NCBI RefSeq assembly: GCF_964355755.1
Contig: NC_092672.1
Span: forward strand, 33,176,437 to 33,240,436
Length of the DNA: 64,000 nucleotides
Direction of reading: 5' to 3'
DNA from: Antedon mediterranea
Lineage: Eukaryota; Animalia; Echinodermata
Shown here: positions 12,181 to 23,781 of the stretch, piece by piece
Numbering within the stretch: position 1 is the stretch's first letter
Layout: each line of letters begins with the position of its first letter
The notes under the pieces: generated by a model
Told to the model about the DNA's origin: nothing
The model's database searches: none
The model's input: the letters and a program-made list of their open reading frames with translations, nothing else
Made by a program: the position numbers and the translations under genes

Positions 12181-15100
12181 ATGATGGGTGGTAAAATAGT
12201 GTGGCGCTACTTATCCCTAGCAGTTGTAGCATGTTTTATAATTTCATTTTATTCATGTAAGTTATTTACTATCATTACTGTTTTTACAATTGAATGGTGC
12301 GGCAATAAAGACTTCAAACTCATTGTATTGTGTTTTCATAACAAGAAATGCACAAATTGGAAATGACAATTCCGTTTTAGCTGTGGAAGATATAGTAACA
12401 TTCAAAGTACAAATAGTGCTAAAAACATTTACTACTCTATCAAGTCAAATTCTGGAAGAGACTTTTATGCACCTATTTTGGTTCTGGACACGGCTATTTT
12501 CTAAGTCTAAAGCTCTGTCTACACTATCAAACTTTATGTGACAAAAAAAATGTGATGCCCATCTATAGACAAGATGATGTCATATCTCAACCATATTTGG
12601 GCATATCACTACCATATTTGGGCACATCACACTTTGTTGTCAAACTAGTTTGATAGTGTAGACAGAGCTTTATAGGTCTAGGCTAGAGGCTTCCTTAAAC
12701 TGTGCATACCAAAATGGTCTCTCCTGTAATTCCTTAGGTCTGCTTTATTTAAAACAAAAACTATGCTATTAATGGCTTATTCCACCTAATACCAGCACTA
12801 AAATATTCTGTTTCCACAGGGTATGCGCTAAGTAGCACCCAGACTAGGGGTAATCCAACTCCACACACTGTAAAAATGCCCAATAAGCTGTTTGTACCAA
12901 CTGACAACACTGTGCCAAAAAAAGAAGAATCACTTGACAACCTACAGAGGAGAGTGCATGCTAAAGAAGAGGTGATAGAAATGATATCTGGTGGTATGTT
13001 ATATCTTAATGTATAATCAGAAATATTTGATAATAAAGAGAAAGAAGAGTGCATGCTAGAGAAGAGGTGATAGAAATGATATCTGGTATGTTTGTATCAT
13101 CAGAAATATATGATAAAATAGAGAACATCAGGTCTAAGTACGGTCACTTGCACTGATGAAGGGCTAGTGTTGCTTGAAAGCTCTGCAAATTTTTCTACCC
13201 GTTTTACTTTATCATTTTGATTAGCTTTTTGCTTATTTTATTTTGTATCTCCATTGAGATCCAGTCACTGATACCCCAGCATTGTCAGTCAGTAATTTTG
13301 GATTTATAATAGAGAGAATAGATACTATAAATTTCCCTACAATCAAGCTCTTTTTGACCAGTTGAAATACTGTACTGTACAGTAGAAACCTTTAAAACAA
13401 TATTTTACCAGCTCTGTAAGTTGTTTTTGTAGCCTGCCACAGAAAAGTTTTTTACAAGAAATTCATGTCTTATTGCTTTCCTTTAAACATTTTTCCAGAA
13501 AACAATGAAGAATGGTTACCGAAGTATTATGCAAATATGTTCAACAACAACACATTGATTTCGTATTTAAAAGAGCGTTTACTTGGTTACTGTAATCCAC
13601 CTGAAGTACCTACTACTGGCAAAGAAGGTAATGTAGTTAATAACATTAATACATATAATAGATATTTCATATTAATACAGTATTTAAATTTCTGTACTTA
13701 AAAAATAGAGGGTGCTATAACACTTTTTGTTTTCCAGTTCAGTCAAATCTCAAAAAGCCAGACAAGCGTGTAATGTAGTTGGCCAATTGCCTGGCTGGCT
13801 GTATTTGCACAACAAATCACACAAACCAATAGTGTTGGTGGTCTTATTTTGTGCCTAACTTACCTGGATAAACCTGAATAGACCTTTTTGCTATTAAAGG
13901 GTGGACACTTAAATAGAAAATGAAATTCAGTTATTCAGATAACTACTATGTTGGCACCATACAATATGCAAACAAGTAAATACTGTGTAGAACCAACCCC
14001 CTTGATTGGTACACAACTATTTAAGGCGACACTTTCCCATGTTTTAACACTAAAGCCAACCATATTCAGGAAAACGCTTATAAGGGGACACTTTGTTGGG
14101 TCCCAAAGCTGTACCATCAATCAGTTCTTTATTTTACCTTAATAGTGTACTGATTCTTATCTCATCTCATTTCAGGTTTAGTAGTGCCAGGTTATTCTCT
14201 AGAGAGTGTTCACATTCTGATCCGACATGGCGACAGAACACCACTAGAAAGCAACGGTATGGGATCCTCTGCAGACATAAACTGCAACTTGATGATTGTG
14301 TCTGAAACTCTACCAGACAAGATGTTTGAGTTGTTAGCGACGGACTTCAACGAGTGGAAAGAACTACTAAGGAAAGAGGATGAACTCATGTTATCAGACA
14401 TGAAGTTAAAAAGCTCTTTGCAAAAAAGTGCAGTTAGTACACTAAACATGAACTACGTATCCGCCCTATTAACTGATAGTAATAAATGTCGTACGTCTCA
14501 GCTGACCCCAAGCGGTTGGCGGCAACATCTCGCAATCGGGGACTTCCTTCGTAAAGTATACACACCTCACAAACTTTTTAATCCACAAGCAATTGATCAC
14601 AAAGATATTATGAACTTGCAGACAACCTCGTTCTCACGCACTATGCAGAGTGCGATAGCTTTACTTTATGGTTTATTACCAGAAGATCAGATACTGAAAA
14701 CGCCACCGATGAAGATCGCCCGTGCTTTGAATTTCTGTTATGGTGCTTCGTGCAATTGTCCAGCTGCTCAGCAACTTCTTAACACAGTATCGTCAGAGAA
14801 AGCAAAACACAAAACAGATAATTCGTACACTCGTGAAATTTCAAAAGGTATTAAAAAGGTTTTGTATGATAAAACACCAAATTCACCAAAATTGCCGCAT
14901 TTCTTTGCACTTCTTGATCACTTCACATCATTTTTATGTCATGGTGAAAAGTTGCCTTGTGGTCCTACCAAATGTATTGAGCTTGACCAGGTACAGCAGG
15001 TATTTCAGTACGTTGATAAGTTGGAACAAGACTTAAAAGCACACGAGGATACGACAAGTATGAAACATGCCAGACTGTTTATGTACCCATTACTGAAAGA

Positions 15101-15449
15101 CATAGCAGATGCAATAGCACGTAACAAAACCGACCATCGTTTTTCTCTCTACTCGGGACACGATTTAACAATCACACCTTTTCTTGCCATTCTTGGACTT
15201 TCTGATTTTCGTTGGCCTAATTACGCATCTCGTATTGTAATCGAAGCTTGGTCAAAAGCGAAAATGGTTTTTATTCGTGTTCTCTACAATGGGGATGACA
15301 TGACAAGTAATGTAAGCTTTTGTCGTAATAAACTTAATCAGGATGGACTATGCCCGTTGAATAAACTTTTGGATTTTGTTAATAAGCAAAATTTTGTTTT
15401 ATTTGAATCGAAAAGTTATAAAAAAGCTTGTTTTGCCACTCAAATGTAA
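12181..15449 (+). CDS. PXYLP1: 2-phosphoxylose phosphatase 1 (ACPL2-like histidine acid phosphatase, type II Golgi membrane protein)
   Basis: Exons 12181-12256 (N-terminal signal anchor), 12820-12993, 13499-13627 (YCNPP..EG) and 14176-15449, all phase-1 GT-AG junctions. Catalytic RHGDRTP and GHD motifs, SRTMQSAIALLYGLLP, C.CP and FIRVLYNG..T...FC match the PXYLP1 family. Confidence 0.9.
12511..12669. mobile_element. MITE family A copy in PXYLP1 intron
   Basis: Near-perfect TIRs AGCTCTGTCTACACTATCAAAC / GTTTGATAGTGTAGACAGAGCT. Confidence 0.88.
13135..13300 (+). mobile_element. Penelope-like pseudo-LTR / retroelement terminal fragment
   Basis: Carries the hammerhead followed by a T-rich tail; the tail sequence recurs (reverse complement) at 60713-61012, so it is a dispersed repeat. 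Family assignment is inferred from the hammerhead type. Confidence 0.55.
13148..13188 (+). ncRNA. Minimal type-I hammerhead ribozyme (Penelope/retrozyme-type)
   Basis: TTGCA-CTGATGA-agggc tagtgtt gctt-GAAA-GC-TC^-TGCAA: 5-bp stem I, intact core, imperfect stem II, palindromic AGCT stem III. Confidence 0.7.
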
Positions 15450-16058
15450 TTGTTTATTTAAAAATATCTATTATAAAGAATGTCTTTCTTTGAAGTCTTT
15501 CTGAAATATGTTTAATCAAAAACATTTATATTTTGTATTTATTTGTTTTGGTAGCTAAGATAAAAAAATGTGATGTACCCATATATGGACACAATGTATC
15601 ATTTCACTACCATATTTGGGCACATCACATTAGTTTAATCACATAATGTTTGATAGTGTAGATTGTTTATGTTGCAGAGGCCTATTATATTATACCATTA
15701 ATTATAATATTAATACAGTAGTTCCTATAATAACGTGTTTCAAACTAATATTATTAGCAAAAGAGATATATTTTGCCACATATGGCATTTCATACGTATA
15801 GTACTTGAGTTCACATTTCCAGACAAAAATCGGAATTTGAATTTAACCATTTATTTGTCTTTCTTCAGAAGTGGCCTATTCAAAGTATTTTGTTTTTCAA
15901 ACATTTTTCATGTTTTTGGGGGACAATACATCTTTAAAAATATTATATAACAAAATAGTAATATAATAAATCATCATAGCCTGCCTAATTTGATATTGTT
16001 TACTACTTAACTTTTGTATTTAATAATTAAATTAATTAATGCGTTTTGTATATATTAC

Positions 16059-16443
16059 TGTAGTGAATTTATCTTAGTTGGTTCCGAGCTTTCTCAGGCG
16101 TATATCCACTCGACGTACACAGCTGTCGTTCCGAGCTTTCTCAGGGTCTGTTTCTAGAACTTTTATTCCTTGTAATTCGATTAATACATCTTTCTACCAC
16201 TACCAGTCAAGCCTTAATATTCTCTTTATCATCTTTCCGTTTATCTACTCTGATCTTATTCTCTCTTCTCCCCTTAATATCTATTACATTCCCCTTTTAT
16301 ACTGGATATGCAAATTTCAGGCTTCAGAGGAGGATAACATTTTCCCTCCAAAATTTATGCGATTTTGATTGGCTAATTAAGGCGGACCTGGTCTAAAGCA
16401 TCCTTCTCTAAACACAGAGAATCACAACATCAATAATATGACA
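16059..16443 (-). repeat. 3' LTR
   Basis: Direct repeat of 19009-19393; preceded on the minus strand by a polypurine tract (16444-16454). Confidence 0.95.
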
Positions 16444-16544
16444 TTCCCCTTTTTGGGAAAAAGATTGTGTCAATCTTTCCAAAAATTTAACATTTAAAAC
16501 CATTTTACTATAAACTATCTACAAATAACACCTCTATAATATTA

Positions 16545-17830
16545 TTATGCACGGCTTAATCCATCTGCATTTCCATTTAATGATCCTTTCTTGTAAATAA
16601 CTTTAAATTTATATCCTTGTAAAAACAGAGCCCATCTCATAAGTCTAACATTGGCACCCTTCATTGAGTCCATCCATCTCAATGCCTGGTGGTCAGTATG
16701 AACTTGAAATTCACAACCATACAGATAATACTTAAGTTTATTTATAGCCCAAACAATAGAGAGGCACTCTTTTTCTGGCACAGAATATCTCTGCTCATGT
16801 ACAGATAACTTTCTACTTAAAGCCCCATTCCCTACGTTTTTTAGATGTAATTTAAGATCACAAACTATATTTAATGTAAAAATAATACTATATGGTCCTA
16901 TTCCGATAACTTTTTTCGTCTTTAAACGGTTAAAAATGTGAAAAATAAGTCGATTTTAATAATTATAGCGGCCCGCTATAAATCCCAAAATGCATTGCGC
17001 GCGGATTGATATTTTTGTTTTTCACCTGTAATTCGCCCACTTTTCGATCGATCGTGAGGCCAAAACAAATGGAAGACTCCTAACTTTTCAGCGAAAATAC
17101 CGGGTTTTCCCCAATTTGTATCAACGGAGTCTGGCAAAAATAGAAAGACAATTAATGCAGCAACTATACAACGTCAGGCTAGGTATATAGCTAGCGTACG
17201 ATGTTCGCACGTTACCGATGTTTACCAGCTAGGCCTACAAAACTAAGCCTAGCCAGGCTAGGCCTAAGACCGTCCACGAGAGGTCGATCGCCGCGAGCTA
17301 CTTAGGTAGTGCATTGTTTCTCACTTTTTATCATAATTTACCATAAAACGTACATTTAAGACAAGGAATGACATGGTTTAATGTTTTTAAAGTGATATAT
17401 ATGTATTATTTTCCAAAAAACGTCCAAAATTGCAGGGAAGGGGTCTTTAAGTACACAATGGGATAATCATTACCCTCACCATCTATTTGGCTCAGCACTG
17501 CACCTATGCCATAATTTGAGGCATCGGTTTGCAATATAAACATCTTATCAAAATTTGGGGCTTTTAATACATTATCATCAGTAAGTCGTTTCTTTAAAGT
17601 TACAAAGGCATTTTCACATTGTTCATTCCACTTAACGGTATTACTTTTACTCTTTAAAGTTAAATCAATCAATGGCTTAGCAATATCGGCATAGTTCTGT
17701 ACAAATTTTCTGTAATAGCCAGTTAAACCGAGAAATGATCGGACTTGTTTCTTAGACAAAGGTCTGGGGAACTTTTCCACAGCCTCAACCTTATCAATCA
17801 TGGGTCTAATTTCTCCATTACCAATCTTTT
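16545..17830 (-). pseudogene. pol fragment (RT thumb/connection + RNase H), interrupted by a MITE
   Basis: KVEAVEKFPRP..KKQVRSFLGLTGYYRKFV, ILQTDASNYGIGAVLSQ, PIVYL|SRKL..EQRYS..EKECL, FQVHTDHQAL, NADGLSRA*. Confidence 0.9.
16821..17446. mobile_element. Non-autonomous TTAA-targeting DNA transposon (Kolobok-like) nested in RNase H
   Basis: ttaa-AGCCCCATTCCCTAC ... GCAGGGAAGGGGTCT-ttaa (12/15 TIR match, AG...CT ends); removing it restores the RNase H reading frame. Confidence 0.8.
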
Positions 17831-18463
17831 TAAATAATGGGAGAGCTCATTCAGCCATTCCCTGATGGACATATCTTTAACTCTGTTTGAATTTCTAAAT
17901 TTAAATCTGTAAGTCTCTGCGGACACATCATACTTTTCTAAGATTGCCTTCTTTAAGGTATCATAATCTACACATTCTTTTACGGTTAAGGATGCATATG
18001 CTGTCCTAGCTTTACCAGACAGTTCAGGTGCTAACCTAGCGGACCACGTATTCTTATCCCAACCTGTGGCTTCTGCCAAGTGTTCAAATGTTCTAAAATA
18101 TATATCAATATCATCGGATTCCTTCAAAGTAGGAACCTTTACCTTCATTTCATCTACTATATTCCTAGCATTACTGTAGCTTGACCTATTTTCTAATTCC
18201 ATCATTTTCACTCTTTCTTGTGATTCAATTTTTCTTAGCTCTATATCTAACTTTTTGTTTTTGGCCTCGAACTTCATTCGAAAATATTCGAGCATCATAT
18301 CTTTAGGCATACCGCCGGGTATTTCGGGCAAATCAATATCCCTAGCCATTTTATCATATTTTTCATTGACTTGGTCAACCTCTTCTTGGTCAACCATATC
18401 TTCCCTACTATCTTTGTCTGACATAGTCTTATCTATATTTTTACCCGATCTTAAAGTTGTCAT
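17798..18463 (-). CDS. gag: Truncated Gag of Gmr1-like element (capsid N-terminal part plus start of SCAN-like domain)
   Basis: 221-aa ORF: DDIDIYFRTFEHLA...W...W...LAPELSGKARTAY..L...DYDTLKKAILEKY..SAETYRFKFR. Confidence 0.85.
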   Translation of the reverse strand: MTTLRSGKNIDKTMSDKDSREDMVDQEEVDQVNEKYDKMARDIDLPEIPGGMPKDMMLEYFRMKFEAKNKKLDIELRKIESQERVKMMELENRSSYSNARNIVDEMKVKVPTLKESDDIDIYFRTFEHLAEATGWDKNTWSARLAPELSGKARTAYASLTVKECVDYDTLKKAILEKYDVSAETYRFKFRNSNRVKDMSIREWLNELSHYLKRLVMEKLDP

Positions 18464-18994
18464 GCTAATAACAATTTTACTAATGAAATATGTAAACTTA
18501 TGTATACAAAATATGTTATAAAAGTATTTGTATTACCTTGATTCCATTCAGATATGTAAAAAATATGAAATCCACATAAATTTTTAAATGCAATACAATA
18601 TAAGACATTAATTTACTTCAAAGTCACAAACAACGTTCCAAGTTCGCTCCGTACAAAAATTTACTTTCGAAATAAAAATAGTTTACAAAGTCAGCTTTGC
18701 AAATCTTCTCAAAATTTACTGGGCTTCCTTCTGTTACTTCAGTCTTCTTCTTTCAGATCTCGGTGAATATATACAGTATCTCCGATGAATATCCCGCAGT
18801 CTTGAGTAGGTACCTTGAGCTCAACAGTACTTCTTCTTCGTTGTAATATCCAAACAACACACGGTATAAAAACTGTCAGGAATCCAGATCTTCGTAACCA
18901 TTTAACTTTTTGGTTACTGATTTAACAGGCCCGTAGAGTAGGCACTGTCACTTCTTCTTCTTCTTGATACTTTAAATCATTAAACAAAAATTTT

Positions 18995-19008
18995 CACCGC
19001 TGCCACCA
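18995..19008 (-). other. Primer binding site (tRNA-Leu-like)
   Basis: TGGTGGCAGCGGTG immediately after the 5' LTR, complementary to the ...CACCGCTGCCACCA-3' end of tRNA-Leu. Confidence 0.8.
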
Positions 19009-19393
19009 TGTAGTGAATTTATCTTAGTTGGTTCCGAGCTTTCTCAGGCGTATATCCACTCGACGTACACAGCTGTCGTTCCGAGCTTTCTCAGGGTCTG
19101 TTTCTAGAACTTTTATTCCTTGTAATTCGATTAATACATCTTTCTACCACTACCAGTCAAGCCTTAATATTCTCTTTATCATCTTTCCGTTTATCTACTC
19201 TGATCTTATTCTCTCTTCTCCCCTTAATATCTATTACATTCCCATTTTATACTGGATATGCAAATTTTAGGCTTCAGAGGAGGATAACATTTTCCCTCCA
19301 AAATTTATGCGATTTTGATTGGCTAATTAAGGCGGACCTGGTCTAAAGCATCCTTCTCTAAACACAGAGAATCACAACATCAATAATATGACA
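19009..19393 (-). repeat. 5' LTR
   Basis: Direct repeat of 16059-16443; adjacent to the PBS; flanked by the ATTAC TSD. Confidence 0.95.
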
Positions 19394-22300
19394 ATTACTA
19401 TTATTATTTATTATTAAGAAAATCAATATACTGTATGGCCTGATGTGTAGACTTCAACCATGTAAACATGTGTTGGTTTTTTTATTTCTTGAGGCAGGGT
19501 TGTTTTTTTTCAAGAAGACGTAAGTATTTTATTGTGCAACATAAAGTATATATAATTATAATATTTTCATTCAATTTTTATTTTTCTAATTTTTCTAATT
19601 TTGAATTTGAACTGTAATATTGTTTATGCTGCTTTATCTCACTTCTAGTTTTAAAAAACAATTATTGATATTACAAGGAGTTTTGTTATATTTTTTATAT
19701 TGGTGCAAATAATACTGCAGTAACTTAACTTATGGTATGAACAAATTAGTTGGGTACTTATATCTAATCATTGTACAGGAAATAAATATGAAACATAAAT
19801 TATGTCGCCTTTTCTTTTTGGTAACTTTTTAAGGAAAAAAAAAATACCGCAGGGGCGAATACTGGGGTGGCGCACTCCCCCTTTTGACAGCTAAAATTAT
19901 AAACTACTTTTTGATCTATTTTTAACAAACTATTAATATTATGTTAGCACTCCCCAGTTTGAAAACATCACAGATCTGCACCTGAATCCTTTTAGGCCTA
20001 TAACATTAAAGCTACCAACCTTCTTCATTAGATCTTGCTGCAGATGAAGTCCAATCAAGTAACTGATATCTTCAGTAAAATAAAATGATCAACAATCAAA
20101 ATAATTTTTTCACTAATAAAACAAGTTTGAAACAATTTATTGAACAAAATATGGCTCGATTTTTTTTAATAGATCTGAAATTGTCGCACCTCATCAATCC
20201 CAATCTCCCGGCCTTACTACTTCAACCATGCAGTTTCTACACTATAATAGGCAAAGTTTAATAATATTAATATTTATATTCTACTAGACTTTATTTAAAA
20301 TATTACCAACTTTGATTCAAGAAAAAAATTGCCTACAAAAGAGAGAAACAAAGTAGACTGGCAGACAATAATCTTCGTTTTTAATACGTGCAACGGAATG
20401 CCACAATTATTACCTACTAGGCCAGGCTATAAAACCAGCAACAATTAAGTAAGATCGACCATGTCAGTCATTTCTGTGGTACCATGATGTGGGCTAATCT
20501 GATCACCATACTGAACATCGAAAACGAGAGGCCTAGCGAATGTGCTTGCTAGATTCATAACGTTAGTCTATCTATGCTTAGGGCTAAATGTGATCAATTT
20601 TAGATACGTTTTTTTTATCTATATTGAAGATATGTTTGCTAAAAAGTACAGTGTTAACGTTACTCACCTATTATTATTATTAATTGCCTTGTTTTATGCT
20701 CCATCCATGTGTCTTATTCCAGCGGTTCAAAATCGTCTGGTGTTGCAGAACAATCCAGTGATATGATTGGTGGATAGTCGTGCAGCCAACTGTGGCGCGA
20801 TTTCTAAATGATGGTGTAATCGACATGATGCCGGTATTATTTGTGGGCATGCGCAGATGTCTGCTATTCGGATTAAAAGGGCGTATATTTTTTAACTGAC
20901 AACAGACTGTTGATTATTTTATCATAATATAGGCCTACACTATTATAGAAGTATATCCACAACAGATAAAAGAATGAAAAGCAACAACGTTTTGGGGTCA
21001 ATGAAATTGAGAAGTTTTTAATAAAGCCACTTTACAAGCAAAAAAGGTTTATCAACAAATCACATGATAATAATAGTATATTCTCGCATAATAATGATTA
21101 AAGATCTAGTGTCCCTGAAAAATGAAATTGTGATGATTTATTTTGAAATATTCTTCAAAAAAATTACCAGATTACAGTCGGAGAGACTATTAAAAATAAG
21201 TAATTTTATTGTTAATCACTTAAAATAAGTTTTTCCTGTTTTTTCGAGGGCAATATATCTTCAATATTGTATCAAAGCAGCAAATAAAAAATAGTCAACT
21301 TTACCTCTACTTTTTCTATAAAGATTACATAGTAAGGAACGTTTTAAGTAATATTAACTCTTTTAAACAATTGAACTAAGTCATTTTCTACAAGACAAAA
21401 GTGTCTGCTACAGATGTTAATTATTAAATCAGTACCTTTCCTTCCTTTGTTGTAACAACCATAATAAGGATTGAATATGTACGTTACACAAGTATTTTTT
21501 TGTTTTGCCAATCAGTTCAAGTACCCAAGAATTAAGAAAACAAGATTTGAAAGTAAAAGTAATTTTTCAGAAATATATTTTCTCTTTAATGCTTGGTTCT
21601 AACTTGGATGCAATGCAAAGATGGAATTGCAATGCAACCAATAACAAGCAATAGTTTGGATGATTCATTGCGTTTTGATTGGTCAATTTACTTATGGCAC
21701 AAGTATCATTGCGTTGCGTCCAAGTAGGAACCGAGCATAAGCAGAAATCCACCTAACAAAAGGCTTCATTGTGTTGGAAAAAAATGAAAAAAGAAGATAT
21801 GTATTGTTTTATAAATAATAACAAGACATGACCCACTACATTTTTTTTACTTTTTTTTGTAGAATTTTTAGATAAAAGTTGATGAAAAGTTCCACAAAAG
21901 ATAATTGTTTAATATTTTGTTTATTTTCAAAGTTGTTAATAGTATTGTTTGTTACTACAGTATTACACTGATTTTTAAATATTTTGAATGTTTTTTTTTG
22001 TAGAACGATTCAACTATAACAACATACAGCAAAGTAATAGTGTAGTGATAAAATATAAGCCACGTTGTACATTTCTAAACAATACATTTTCTTATAATAT
22101 AGGATTAAATGCATGTTGATTACTTTAAGATACAGCAGATACTATCTATGGAATATTACACAATTAATGTTTAGTTACAAACACTGTAAAACATGTTTTT
22201 TTTTTAAAAACACCCAATTCATCCATCCCCCACATGATTCATCATATACAAAAAGTGCTACTAAGTTTCTAATATCAATTAACACAAGTGATTAAAAATG

Positions 22301-23781
22301 CACTTTACACTTTACTCAATTCTACCCCGTCGATTTATAGCGTACAATAATTTATATAATAAAATTAACAGATGAACACACAAATGGTATAATATTTTAA
22401 AATTAATACTGAAAGCAGAGATTATTATGCAAATAAAAGAGTAAAATTATTTTTTAAAATAAGTAAAATAAGATACTAATTACATTTATGAAGTTGTGTA
22501 CAAATCAACGTTTATTTCTTTCTGCTAAAAATTACTTCTTCTCTGTGTATGTTGCATAACTATTTACTATTCATTCGTGTCCATTACAGTTCATTTTAAA
22601 ATTCACAATATATAAAGAGGTATCACTTATGAGAATCACAAGAATAAACAATTTTTACAAGTTAAAAAAACGAAAGTCCAGTAAATTAATTTTATTTCTA
22701 CATCATTCAAAACAAGTCCGCTGTCTCTTCAAGTTGAAATCTAAAAATAGCCACAAATGTTCCTGCTCCATTCAATATCTTTTTCATTTCATCATTCCAT
22801 TCAACTTGTGTCCATTTAAGCTCCAATTATAGCAACATCTAGAAATTGTCCTTTCTCCATTTTAACAAACTTTTTTTTCTGTTCTCCCATAACGTTAGAT
22901 TAGAGGATAGAAACAGATAGAAACATCAAACGACAAAAAATCCCCATGCACTCTTCACTTTAAAAAATACTGATTACTTAGTAATTATACAACAGTTTAA
23001 TTTAAATACAAACAATGTTATCTTGAATGTCCATTTTTATCAAATAATTTCTCTTGCCACGTCTGCCAATTGTCTTAAATCTTAACCTAACGTTTATTAT
23101 ACATATATATTTATTATTTACTTGATAAATAACTTATTATTTTTTTGTTGATTGAATTTAATCATTGAAAAAGATATAATTCTATATCCCTCCACCTAAT
23201 GCTTTTGAGTTTTGCCGCGTATATGCGGCCACTTTGGTTTACCTTGATTACAGTTTTATATACTTATTATATTATATACCATACTTTTATCTTCTGTTTT
23301 ATGAATAAAAACAACAATTGTAATATTATCATTGAAAGATTAGTACACAATCTCAACTTTTTCAGATAAAATAGATGACGTTAATTTGGCCTTTAGAAAA
23401 AAGTTGTAAGCTGAAGCAAGAAAAGACAAAAGTATGGTAAATACAGAACTGGGAGCAATAATACTAATTTTTTTTAGAGCACCTAATTAATTCTTAAATC
23501 ATTTTTGGAATTGTGAGAGAAAACAACATTTATCATTATAATGATTATCATAACATTTTATTTCATCAACATTTTTCTTCTTTTGAACGTTTTAAAGAAT
23601 TTTAAAACCATTGAAACGATAGAAACATTCAATATTCAATGCAAAACTGTGCTTGGTCAAATATAAAATAACGTTTTAATATTTTCAAAGGTTTAATGAC
23701 AAAATAGGAGCATTGAGAGAGATCCTGATGAATCTTTTCACTAACATAGGAGCAGTTTTTTTGTTATTGTTTGTGGAACTT

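Larger units (their letters stand above)
16059..19393 (-). mobile_element. Internally deleted Gmr1-like Ty3/gypsy LTR retrotransposon
   Basis: 385-bp LTRs (16059-16443, 19009-19393; TG...CA, 2 mismatches seen), ATTAC 5-bp TSD, tRNA-Leu-type PBS, PPT AAAAAGGGGAA, gag and RT-connection/RNase H fragments. Confidence 0.95.

Noticed and set aside
16078-16368. 96-aa and 80-aa ORFs in the LTRs (also 19028-19270)
   Set aside because: Antisense to the element, non-ATG start, no motifs; one LTR substitution already truncates it.
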